Position numbers and translations under genes: made by a program
Source of the DNA: Lentisphaerota bacterium
Lineage (GTDB): Bacteria; Verrucomicrobiota; Kiritimatiellia; RFP12; JAAYNR01
Direction of reading: 5' to 3'
DNA: 64,000 bases
NCBI GenBank assembly: GCA_016873675.1
Contig: VGWG01000006.1
Coordinates: 1,200 to 65,199 of the forward strand
Notes under the pieces: generated by a model
The model's database searches: none
Told to the model about the DNA's origin: nothing
What the model saw: the letters and a program-made list of their open reading frames with translations, nothing else
Shown here: in pieces, positions 37,952 to 46,756 of the stretch
Layout: each line of letters starts with the position of its first letter
How positions within the stretch are numbered: position 1 is the first letter of the stretch

Positions 37952-38818
37952 ATGGGACGATTCATTATCGGCATCTACAACTACTGCGACTACTGGTGCG
38001 AACGCTGCGCCTTCACCCGCCGCTGCCGCAATTACAATGGCGGCTCCGCCGCCCGACGGCTGAAGGCGGCGGCGCGCGATGAGGATCGCGACGCGGTGAA
38101 CGCGTCGTTCTGGAACGATCTCGCCGAACGCCTGCGCGACGCGACGATCTTCGGCAGTATGGCGGACGACGCCGGATGCGAGGCGGACGACGCTGACGTC
38201 TGGGGCGACAGCGTTTGGGCCGACGAAGGTGGCGGCGCAGAGACCGACAGCCGGATCGACGCGGCAATGGATGCGAGGGATCGGGCGGTCAAAGCCCACC
38301 CCCTGACTCATCTGTCCCGTGACTACATGATGCGCGCGGGCCAATGGCTGAAGGACGCCGACGCCGACCTGAAGGGGCTGGCGGCGGAATGGCTGGCGCA
38401 GGCGGGCTCGCGCTACGACGACACCGATTACGAGGAGGCGGCCCACGAGGTCGGCGACCTGGTCGAGGTGGTCAACTGGTACCATACGCTCATTCCGCCC
38501 AAGCTGGCGCGCGCCCTCGGTAACCTGGCGGAGCCGGTTCTCGGCGACGGCGAATACGCGCGCATCATCCGCGAATCGCGCCTCTCCGACGCCAACGGCT
38601 CGGGGAAGGTCGCGCTGATCGCGGTCGAGCGTTCCATCGCCGCCTGGCTGCGGCTGCGCGAGCTCTTGCCGCGGCAGGAGGACGCGATTCTCGCCCTGCT
38701 GGTCCTGCTGGGACGCCTGCAGCGCGGCATCCGGACCGCCATCCCCGGCGCAGAAGCCTTCAAACGCCCCGGCTTCGACCCCGGTTCGACGTGCTTCGCG
38801 GATGACGAATCCAATTGA
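37952..38818 (+). CDS. Hypothetical acidic protein with an N-terminal Cys cluster (CDYWCERCAFTRRC), 288 aa
   Basis: GGAGG ribosome-binding site 8 nt upstream of ATG 37952. Lies inside the repeat-bounded segment, convergent with jetD. No recognised domain. Confidence 0.5.
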   Translation: MGRFIIGIYNYCDYWCERCAFTRRCRNYNGGSAARRLKAAARDEDRDAVNASFWNDLAERLRDATIFGSMADDAGCEADDADVWGDSVWADEGGGAETDSRIDAAMDARDRAVKAHPLTHLSRDYMMRAGQWLKDADADLKGLAAEWLAQAGSRYDDTDYEEAAHEVGDLVEVVNWYHTLIPPKLARALGNLAEPVLGDGEYARIIRESRLSDANGSGKVALIAVERSIAAWLRLRELLPRQEDAILALLVLLGRLQRGIRTAIPGAEAFKRPGFDPGSTCFADDESN

Positions 38819-39006
38819 CGACCGGGAGGATGGGACAACACATGCCGCGGCCGCAGTGTCAGCCAACGATCCGCCGCACCTCTCTCTTTCCCTCCACCCG
38901 GTCCAGCCCCGCCTTCTGGGATCGCTGGTAGAAACAGTTCCCGAGTCCTGAATATTTGAAAGCAGTAGGCCGCTCGCCATTCAGGCCCGTCCCTCGTGGC
39001 TCGCGC

Positions 39007-40212
39007 TCACACGTCGAAAAACATCTCCATGGTCTGCTCCTGCTCCAACCAGCCATGGGCGAGGGTGTGGCGCAGGCGGTCCGCATACGGAAAATCGGGA
39101 TGGTTGTCGAGGAAGCGCTCGGCGCGTCGGCGCTGGGCGTCGTCAAGCGGCAGCCGCGCGCGCGCCAGCGTTTCCGCGTCCGGCGGCATGTAGAGGCGGG
39201 TCGGCAGTACGCGGGCGATCTGTTCGGCGATGCGCAGGCCGTCGAGGTCGCTATCGCCCCAGTGCACCGCCGTCACACCCTCTTGCGCGAACCGGCGTAA
39301 CAGCGTCCGCACGGCCGCGTTCGGGTACCCCTCGGTGTAGAGGCCGGGGCGCAGCCGCTCGACCAGCCGCAAATACGGCGCCGCGTTTTCGCTGGTGGTG
39401 AGGCATGGGCAGGGCGCCTCCAAACGCACGGCGGTCAGACCCCGCACCGCCTCGCACGAAAGCAGCGCCGCCTCGCCCCTGCTCCACAGGCAATGCGGCC
39501 AGTCGAGCCACTCGCCCGCCCGCGTGCGGTAGGAGAAGGGCGCGAAAACCACAACATGCGCCGTGTAGGGGTTCTCAATGACGCCGGCGGCGGCGAGGAG
39601 CGTCTCCGGCGGATCGTCCGGATTGCCCGCCTGCACCCGGATCAGGTGCTCCAACTGCTGACGTCGCGCGCCAGCGCGCAGGGCCTTGCTGTCGTTGAAA
39701 CAGGTCGCGCCCAGCTCGGAGAGGGTGATGCCGGTCGGTGCGGCGCGCAAGGCGGCGAGCGCGTCAAAGAGCCGGACCAGATCGTCCGATGCCGTGGGGC
39801 AGCTTCTGAAGAAACGGAGGATTGACTCGGAATCCCGCAGCGTGTCAATGCAAGCGCATGCATCCGGGTGTAGCAGCTTGAGCCGTTGCAGTGTGCGCAC
39901 CACAAGCGCGTCACTGGTGTTTGACGGCTTTGCCGCCTGGGCCGCCACGCCCAGCAGCTCAACCAGCGGCTGCCAGCGGACGGGGTTACGCAGGCCGTCC
40001 TCAAGCCGCGCTTTCAGGCGGCCCGCCTCCTCGCGGCAGCCGGGAAAGATCTCCTCCAGCGCGCGGCGCACCGCCTTCTCCTGCGGCACCTCGCCGAGGG
40101 TGAGCGTGGCGGGCAGCGCCTCACCGGCGGCCGCCCGCCTCACCGCGCGCAGCAGCCATGGCCTCAAACCGGGGCAGCGTTCCAGCCGATCTTGCCAAAA
40201 CTCCTTGGTCAT
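39007..40212 (-). CDS. jetD: Wadjet JetD-like protein (DUF2220-type, C-terminal Toprim domain)
   Basis: 401 aa. Toprim acidic motifs ITSENAAPY (conserved Glu) and HWGDSDLDGLRIAE (DxD). It is the last gene of a four-gene operon after the SMC-like ATPase. Confidence 0.75.
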   Translation of the reverse strand: MTKEFWQDRLERCPGLRPWLLRAVRRAAAGEALPATLTLGEVPQEKAVRRALEEIFPGCREEAGRLKARLEDGLRNPVRWQPLVELLGVAAQAAKPSNTSDALVVRTLQRLKLLHPDACACIDTLRDSESILRFFRSCPTASDDLVRLFDALAALRAAPTGITLSELGATCFNDSKALRAGARRQQLEHLIRVQAGNPDDPPETLLAAAGVIENPYTAHVVVFAPFSYRTRAGEWLDWPHCLWSRGEAALLSCEAVRGLTAVRLEAPCPCLTTSENAAPYLRLVERLRPGLYTEGYPNAAVRTLLRRFAQEGVTAVHWGDSDLDGLRIAEQIARVLPTRLYMPPDAETLARARLPLDDAQRRRAERFLDNHPDFPYADRLRHTLAHGWLEQEQTMEMFFDV

Positions 40213-40293
40213 CCAACACCCGTGGGTTCGTCCTCATCGTTCACTCTGCATCCAAACCGATCACGGATCGCCGATTACTGGCCATCTCCGCTC

Positions 40294-43200
40294 TCACAAC
40301 TCCTCGCCGAAGGCGACCGGTCGTGGCTCGTTCTGCGCCGGGTTGAGCAGGTCGAGCTGCCGCGGTCCGGCGCTCCAGTGATAGGGGTAGAGGTGGACAT
40401 TGTACTGGCTGTCCTTGACCACCAAAATCGAGGTGGAGAAGGGAATCTCCCGCTTGACGCCGTCCTGGTCGGGCGAAGCGACGAAGAGCTGGAGGTCGAG
40501 GTCGCTGGCGAAGCCGAGCAACTGGTCGCGCCGACCGGCGTCGATGCCGTAGAATGCCTCGTCAAAAATCAGCACGGGGAGGCGGATCTTCTCCTTGTCG
40601 AAGAGGAAGTGCGCGATGGTGAGGATCAGCAGGTAGTTGGGGACGGCCTGTTCGCCGCCCGAGCCGATGCTCTTGACCTTGCGGTCCATGACGATGCCGT
40701 CCAAATCGGTGGTCAGCACCTTCAGCTCGTAGCGGAACCAGTTGCGGTAATCGAGGATCGGCGGCACTTCGCCGACCTCGGCGCTCATGATCTCCGCGGC
40801 GTGATCTTCGATGAAGGCGCGCAGCTCGGGCTCGGTCTTCTCGGGGTCGAGCGCGCGGTAGCCGCTGACGAGATCGTAGAGGCGCTTGCACGACTCCTGC
40901 GGCGTGATCGAGAAGGCGTAGCGGTTGTTGCCGAACGACCGCTGCTTCAGCAGGTGTCCGATGCGGCGCGCCATCTCAGTGAGACGGCGCACGCTGGTCT
41001 GCAGTTCGCTCACCAGTTTGTCCATGACCAATTGGCGGAAGAGCTTGAGCGTCTGCTCGTTGATCAGCTCCTCCTGTTCGCGCAGCTCGTGGAGCGTGCC
41101 TTGCCGCACCTCCTCCAGTGTGCGGCCGCGGCGATCGGTGAGCGCGTTCCCCGGTTGGTCATAGACGAAGCCGAAGGCGATCCCTTCGGGCAGCACCACC
41201 TTGCCGCGGATTTGCTCGGCCGTCACGGCGGCGGTCTCGCTGGCCGCGGCGGCGCGCGCGGTGAGCGCGCTGCGGCTGTCGGCGTCGGCGCCGCAGCGCG
41301 CGCGCGCGAACGCGTCGAGCGGCCCGTCGGGCACCACCAGCGCGAGCAACCGCTCCTGGACGGCGTCGCGCTCGGCGCGCGTGGCGGCGAGGTCTCTCAG
41401 CTTCTCTTCGCAGAAGGTTTTCAACCCCTTCACCCGCTGGTCGACGCGTCCGCATTCGAGTATGTTTTCGCGATGATCCGCTTTGAGCCGCTGCCACTTG
41501 CGCTCCACCTCGCGGAGCCGTTCCTCGATGCCTTCGAGGCCCTCCTTCTTCAAGGCGACAAGGAGGTCGGCATGGAGGTCCTGCCGGGTCTGGAGTTCCT
41601 CCTCGCACGCCTGGCAGGTCTCGCGCGAGTTGATCGTGTCGCTCTGGGCCAGGGTCAGCCGGGTGACCCCCTGCAGCACCGCGTCGCGCTGACGCGGCAC
41701 GTCTTCGCCGATCTCGTTGAGCAGCGTCCGGAAGAGGGCCAGTTGGTCGCGGCGGCCGCTCAGATCGGCGTGCTGGGCCGCCGTCTCCTTGCGATCCTTT
41801 TCGCACGCGACGCGTTTCTTCTCCAGCTCCCGCACCTCGCGCTCAAGCTCGCGGCGGCGGACCTCCTCGCCGATCAGCCGCGGCGGCGTCTCGGCGAGCG
41901 CCTGTTCACGCAGACGGAAATGGAGGATGTCGCGGTCGAGGAACTTCTCGGTGTGCGGACCGTGCCTGGCGGCGAGCTGGTGCTGGAGCACGGTCAAGGC
42001 GGCGGGGTCAGAGGCGCGCAGGTCGAAGAAGCGCTTGAGCCACTCCGCGAATGCGGCGGGCAACGGCTCGGTGTCGTCGCCGACCACTGCCAGGCTCTGT
42101 TCGGGGAAGTCGCGGAAGAGGAGTCCTCGCAAGTCGGCGGCGCTGGCGGCATCGGTCACCCAGGTCGCCAGCACGGCGTCGCCGATAAGCTGTTCGAGGG
42201 CGGCGAGCTCGCGGGTCGATGTCCCGGCTGCGGGCACGAGCCCGGCGTAGAGCGGCTGGGCGCGCAGCAGCCCTTGCCGGATCGCCTGCCAGGCTTGTGC
42301 GAAGCCTTTGACGGCGGGGACGGCCTCGCCGCGGCTCCGCTTTTCGGCTATTTCGGCCACGAGTTCGGCGAGGCGCTTATCGAGCCGTTCGAGGGCCGCT
42401 TCCGCGGCCTGGAGCTGGCGGTCGAGTCCTTGCGCGGCGGCATCCGCGGCGGTGCGGGTGTCGGCCAGGGGCAGCATGGCGAGGTCGGCTTCGGGATCTT
42501 CATTTTTGGGCGCGTCCGCGAGCACGCCCGCGAGCTGCGCGGTGGGGAACGGCATGGCGCGGCCCAGTTTGTGCAGCGTGCGGCTGAACGCCTGCACCTG
42601 CTTGCGCAGGGCTTCGCGGAGACGGGTCACGGCCTCGGTCGCCTCGCTCTGCCGGGTTTGGCAGACGACCAGTCTCTTCAGGGCCTGGTTGTTGCGGAGC
42701 TTGGCCTCGTCCACCCTCAGGCGCGCCTCGCGCTCCTTGGAGACCAGCCCCTGCGCGTCCTGGCGCTGCAGCTCCTGGAGGCGCAGGCCGGTCGTCTCGA
42801 CGAGAGTGTCGAGGCGCTGCTGCTGTTCGCGCAGGTCGGCGAGGCGGCGCTCCTCGGCGAGGCGCTGCTCGTCGCAGCGGTCGTAGGCATCCTGAAACTC
42901 GCGGCCGGCGAGGTGGCGCTCCTGCCAGAGGCTGGCGGCATGGTCGATGCGGGCGTTGGCGACCTGCTCGCGAAGGACCGCGAGATCCTCGGCGAAGCGG
43001 TGCTTGGCGCGCAGCTTGTCGAGATCCTGCTTGCTCTCCTCCAGCGATTTCAGATTGGCGATGACCTCCTCAAAAACCTCGTGCGGCGGCTCCTGCAGCA
43101 GTTGGCGGAAGAGCTGGTGGTAGTCGCTGGTGTGCGAGGCGATCTCGCGGTAGGCCTTGCCCGTGGCCAGGAAGCGGCAGATGTCCTCGAACGTCTCAGC

Positions 43201-43758
43201 ATCGGAGAAGAATCGGCTGGCCATCTCGTCGGCATAGGCGCCGATCTGGCCGTAATAGCCGGTGCCGCCCAGGGCGGCCTTGAGCTCGGCCTTGGTGGAG
43301 GGGCGGCGGCGTTCCCCATCGTTCTGAACCAGGGGCAGCGTGTCGAGTGGACACTCCTTGATCGCGCCCCAGCGTTCGACGTCCTCGTCCATGCTGCGCG
43401 TGCTGACGCCGATGGCGGCGGTGACGGGCCGGCCGTTGCGCCCGGCGATCTCGACCGCGGCGTAGGTGGTGCCGCCGTTGGGGTTGAGCGGGCCGTTGGC
43501 CTCGATATTGTAGCGCATCACCACGCCCTGCATACGGCGGCCGCCTGCGTGCCTGGCACCCGCCACGCGCGCGGCGGAGTTGAACTCCATCGAGCGGCCG
43601 GCGGTGAGCACGTAGTGGACCGCGTCCAACACGGTGGTCTTGCCCGAGCCGTTGTCGCCGAGCATGAAGAGGTGGCCGCCCGAGGGGATGTCGATGGTCT
43701 CGTCCACGAAGTTGTGGAAGTTGACGAGACGGAGCTTGGTGATGCGGTAGAAGTCCAT
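40294..43758 (-). CDS. jetC: Wadjet JetC-like SMC/MukB-family ATPase (~1154 aa)
   Basis: N-terminal Walker A LGDNGSGKTT. Very long central coiled-coil region. C-terminal ABC signature SGGEQ and Walker B LPVLIFDEAF. Start taken at MDFYRITKLRL (43758), since the ORF-track extension would overlap jetB by 88 nt. Confidence 0.8.
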   Translation of the reverse strand: MDFYRITKLRLVNFHNFVDETIDIPSGGHLFMLGDNGSGKTTVLDAVHYVLTAGRSMEFNSAARVAGARHAGGRRMQGVVMRYNIEANGPLNPNGGTTYAAVEIAGRNGRPVTAAIGVSTRSMDEDVERWGAIKECPLDTLPLVQNDGERRRPSTKAELKAALGGTGYYGQIGAYADEMASRFFSDAETFEDICRFLATGKAYREIASHTSDYHQLFRQLLQEPPHEVFEEVIANLKSLEESKQDLDKLRAKHRFAEDLAVLREQVANARIDHAASLWQERHLAGREFQDAYDRCDEQRLAEERRLADLREQQQRLDTLVETTGLRLQELQRQDAQGLVSKEREARLRVDEAKLRNNQALKRLVVCQTRQSEATEAVTRLREALRKQVQAFSRTLHKLGRAMPFPTAQLAGVLADAPKNEDPEADLAMLPLADTRTAADAAAQGLDRQLQAAEAALERLDKRLAELVAEIAEKRSRGEAVPAVKGFAQAWQAIRQGLLRAQPLYAGLVPAAGTSTRELAALEQLIGDAVLATWVTDAASAADLRGLLFRDFPEQSLAVVGDDTEPLPAAFAEWLKRFFDLRASDPAALTVLQHQLAARHGPHTEKFLDRDILHFRLREQALAETPPRLIGEEVRRRELEREVRELEKKRVACEKDRKETAAQHADLSGRRDQLALFRTLLNEIGEDVPRQRDAVLQGVTRLTLAQSDTINSRETCQACEEELQTRQDLHADLLVALKKEGLEGIEERLREVERKWQRLKADHRENILECGRVDQRVKGLKTFCEEKLRDLAATRAERDAVQERLLALVVPDGPLDAFARARCGADADSRSALTARAAAASETAAVTAEQIRGKVVLPEGIAFGFVYDQPGNALTDRRGRTLEEVRQGTLHELREQEELINEQTLKLFRQLVMDKLVSELQTSVRRLTEMARRIGHLLKQRSFGNNRYAFSITPQESCKRLYDLVSGYRALDPEKTEPELRAFIEDHAAEIMSAEVGEVPPILDYRNWFRYELKVLTTDLDGIVMDRKVKSIGSGGEQAVPNYLLILTIAHFLFDKEKIRLPVLIFDEAFYGIDAGRRDQLLGFASDLDLQLFVASPDQDGVKREIPFSTSILVVKDSQYNVHLYPYHWSAGPRQLDLLNPAQNEPRPVAFGEEL

Positions 43759-43769
43759 GGCAAAGCGGC

Positions 43770-44420
43770 TCAGGGTGCGGGTGGCTGGGGTGCGGGCGTT
43801 TCGTCGAGCGGGCGCGAGATCCGCTGGACGCTGTAGTGCCAGAGCGCGGGCAGGCACTCGTAGATGGTATCGTCGGGCGCGACCTTCTCATCGTCCGGCG
43901 GATCGAGCTTCAGCAGGAAGCGGTACTTCTCGAGCTGCGGCATGACCGGGCGGAGGATCTTGCGAACGTCCTCCTCGGCGTAGCCGTCGGGTTGCTCCGG
44001 GAAGAGTTCGAGGAAGCGATCGCGCGTGAAGAGGAGCAGGTCGCCAAAGCGGAAGCGGATGTTGTCGGGTTCCTCGATGCTGGCCGACTCCTCCTCCAGC
44101 TTGTGTTCGAAGAATTCGAGCAGAAGCATGAAGGCCAGGCACTCGTCGCGCCTGGTGAAATTGAACAAGTCGCGGTTGCCGGGGGTGATCCGATCATTGT
44201 ACCAGGTCTCCTTGTAGAGCCGGGCGCATTTGGGATCGGCCACGAGTTGCCAGCCGAAGGACTCCTCGAAGAAGGAGGCGAACTCGCGCTGGTGGCGGCG
44301 CAGGAAGTGGTAGTGCTCCTCGTGGTCGCTCTTGTAGAAATAGGGGGCTTCAAGCAGGATGTTCAACACAGCCTGCACGCGGGGTTTCTGCTTTTGGAGA
44401 AGGTCGTCAAGGGCGCTCAT
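43770..44420 (-). CDS. jetB: Wadjet JetB-like protein (DUF4194-sized, 217 aa)
   Basis: Size and position between the JetA-like and JetC-like genes. ATGA start/stop overlap with jetA. The called sequence is acidic and helical (MSALDDLLQKQKPRVQAVLNILLE ...). The Arg-rich upstream ORF-track extension was rejected. Confidence 0.65.
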   Translation of the reverse strand: MSALDDLLQKQKPRVQAVLNILLEAPYFYKSDHEEHYHFLRRHQREFASFFEESFGWQLVADPKCARLYKETWYNDRITPGNRDLFNFTRRDECLAFMLLLEFFEHKLEEESASIEEPDNIRFRFGDLLLFTRDRFLELFPEQPDGYAEEDVRKILRPVMPQLEKYRFLLKLDPPDDEKVAPDDTIYECLPALWHYSVQRISRPLDETPAPQPPAP

Positions 44421-45937
44421 GGGTGTGGCGGGGGTTGGGGCGCGGCGGGACGCAGCCGCAGCCGTTGGTCGAGGAAGGCGAGAGTGTGGCGATCGGCTTC
44501 GACGCGCACGGGGGCGGCGGTGGATTCCAAGGCGAATCCGAGCTTGGCGAGGCGCGCGCCGTTGCCGAGCAGACCGTTGCGGGCGAGTTCCAGCAGGCGG
44601 GGAAAATCCTCGAACGCGACGAAGGCGCCCTGTGAGACGAGTCGGGTTGCGTCCGCCGCGGGGAGCAGGCCGCGCTGGGCCAGCCACGTCTTGAGAGCCT
44701 CCAAGCGGGCCTCTTCGAGCGACTGGACGGGCGCTTCTGCGGCACGGGGCTTGGCGTCGAGCCACTGCACCGTCTCGGCACGCACGCGGTGGCGCTCCCA
44801 GTGCGGCTGGGGCGGCAGGGCCTTTTCGTTTTCATCCCAGAAGTGCATGTCGCCGACCAGACGGGCTGGCGCGAGCAGGCGGCGCAGGAAGGCCGCGGGA
44901 ACGACCGTAGCGGGAAGCGCGGCCATTTCCGAGACGCGCGCGCGCAGGTCTTCGAGACGGTGGCTGCGGCGCTCGAGTTCGCGCAGGTGGGTGAAGAGCT
45001 TGCGCCAGACGTGGAGCGCGGCGGTGTTGACGCGGCCGCAGAGCCGCTCCAGCGTGCCATCGGCGGCGTAGAAGACGGACAGGCCGGCCAGCGCGTGCTC
45101 AGGGTGGGGCAGCCGCGTGCGCATGAGGTGCGCGCTGGCGCGGCTCTCCTCCTGCATGAGAGCGAGGCACGCCTGCCAGCGGGCCGTGAGGCGGCCCTGG
45201 CGCAGCTTGCTGATTTCGGGAGTAATCTCGGTGCGAAGGGTGTGGATGCGGTTGAGAAACCTCTTGAGGAAGCGATCCAGTTCAGTGAGGATCAGACGCG
45301 CCGTTGGCGCGTCGTAGCGGCTGGTGGCGAAACCGAGGAGGCGGACGTTGAAATCGCCGAGGGTACGGCTGACGTCGTCGGTGAGAGCGCCCATGCGCGC
45401 GAGCCTGTAGAAGACGCCGCGCGCGGTTTCATAGTCGAGCGACTCAACACCGGTCTTGTTAAAAAGCCGGACCGTCTCGCGCAGTGTGCCGATGAGTTCC
45501 GAGAGGAGGTCGCGGGTGTCGGTGTCGGCCGGTTCGAGGTCGTCATGGCGGCGCGCCTCCAGCCAGAGGAGGAAAGCGGCGGCCTCATCGGCGAGGCGGT
45601 AGCGGAACTTGCGGCGGCGGTTATCCTTGTAGCCGCGCAAACGTTCTTTCTCGAGACGGTCGGTGATCAGGTTCCAGATCAGCAGTTGGCGCAAGTCCTG
45701 GTTGAAGAGTTCCGCCGTGTAGGCTTCGCCGCCCAGGGCGGAACGGACTGCGGCGTGGAGATCCTCGTGCAGCGGCTCCAGTTCGTGTTCGCGACGGAAG
45801 GCGAGCATCGCGGCAAGGAGGGTCACATAGGGGACGGCGCGTTCTGACAGGAGCAGGTGTCCCACGTTCCGGTTGCGACGCTCCAGGAGCTGGGCGGCGG
45901 GGTCTTGTGGCGATTCGGTTGGCGCGTCAATGGGCAT
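44417..45937 (-). CDS. jetA: Wadjet JetA-like protein (DUF3375-sized kleisin-like subunit, 506 aa)
   Basis: First gene of the operon. Size and position fit JetA/MksF. No enzymatic motif is expected for this subunit. Confidence 0.65.
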   Translation of the reverse strand: MPIDAPTESPQDPAAQLLERRNRNVGHLLLSERAVPYVTLLAAMLAFRREHELEPLHEDLHAAVRSALGGEAYTAELFNQDLRQLLIWNLITDRLEKERLRGYKDNRRRKFRYRLADEAAAFLLWLEARRHDDLEPADTDTRDLLSELIGTLRETVRLFNKTGVESLDYETARGVFYRLARMGALTDDVSRTLGDFNVRLLGFATSRYDAPTARLILTELDRFLKRFLNRIHTLRTEITPEISKLRQGRLTARWQACLALMQEESRASAHLMRTRLPHPEHALAGLSVFYAADGTLERLCGRVNTAALHVWRKLFTHLRELERRSHRLEDLRARVSEMAALPATVVPAAFLRRLLAPARLVGDMHFWDENEKALPPQPHWERHRVRAETVQWLDAKPRAAEAPVQSLEEARLEALKTWLAQRGLLPAADATRLVSQGAFVAFEDFPRLLELARNGLLGNGARLAKLGFALESTAAPVRVEADRHTLAFLDQRLRLRPAAPQPPPHP

Positions 45938-46027
45938 GTGGCAGACGATAGCAAACCGCCGCGCGGAAAGACAGCGCGAATTCGTTAGACGGGCTCAGGG
46001 ACAGGAAATCCTTGTCTACTCCCACGC

Positions 46028-46131
46028 ATCGAGTCCCAGCCATCCGCACACGCAACCTTCTCGCGTCCAGCGTGTTGCGCACCGACTCAGTTTCTCTGTC
46101 CCCGCATTCTCCTGTCCCCGCATTCTCCCGC
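46028..46131. repeat. Right copy of the imperfect direct repeat bounding the Wadjet-containing segment
   Basis: See the left copy (37704-37830). Located between the jetA start and the vapC 3' end. Confidence 0.75.
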
Positions 46132-46139
46132 GTGCGGCA

Positions 46140-46550
46140 TCAGCGGCGCGGCTTGCCGCGACCGCTGGGTGCCCGGGGGCTGGGCCTCGTGTATTCGACG
46201 CCCGGCAGCCCGGCAAAGTGTCCGTCCTGCGTCCAGAGCGTGGCCCGTTCCGACCAGGCGGTCGACAGGATCAGACTGTCCGCCATGGGCAGACGGTGCT
46301 TGAGGCTGATGAGCGCCGCACGCAGCGCAATCGCTTCGGTGACTTCAATCACTCGGCCTTGTTTCATCTGTCCAATGGCCTGCAGGGCCTTCGCCTCGTC
46401 GGCGACCGCATTCACTTTCTTGAAGACCTCGTACAGGCAAATCACGGGAACAAGCAGTTCGTCCACGTTCTCGACCAGAGGCGCAAACACACCTGCATGG
46501 CTTCCATCGAACAGGAACTCGATCCAGCCTGACGTGTCGACAACGTTCAT
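46140..46550 (-). CDS. vapC: Type II toxin VapC (PIN-domain ribonuclease)
   Basis: PIN acidic residues in MNVVDTSGWIEF ..., ... LYEV ... and ... DSLILSTA ... TQDGHF. ATGA overlap with the upstream antitoxin gene. Confidence 0.85.
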   Translation of the reverse strand: MNVVDTSGWIEFLFDGSHAGVFAPLVENVDELLVPVICLYEVFKKVNAVADEAKALQAIGQMKQGRVIEVTEAIALRAALISLKHRLPMADSLILSTAWSERATLWTQDGHFAGLPGVEYTRPSPRAPSGRGKPRR

Positions 46551-46756
46551 GCCCGGTCCTCCTCATCACGCTCAAACCGGGCATCATACCCCTTGAGAAA
46601 GCCCCGCATGCTGCGCATGGGGCGGAGCGGGATCAGTTCAATGCGATCGTCGAAACAGATGACCTGCAGGCGTTCGCCCGCGCGGATGCGGGCCCGCTCC
46701 CTGACGGCAACCGGAATGACGACCTGATATTTCGGGGATACGGTTACCGTGTCCAT
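46547..46756 (-). CDS. vapB: Type II antitoxin VapB (AbrB/MazE/SpoVT-type swapped-hairpin DNA-binding)
   Basis: 69 aa. MDTVTVSPKYQVVIPVAVRERARIRAGERL is typical of SpoVT/AbrB-fold antitoxins. Immediately upstream of vapC. Confidence 0.75.
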   Translation of the reverse strand: MDTVTVSPKYQVVIPVAVRERARIRAGERLQVICFDDRIELIPLRPMRSMRGFLKGYDARFERDEEDRA

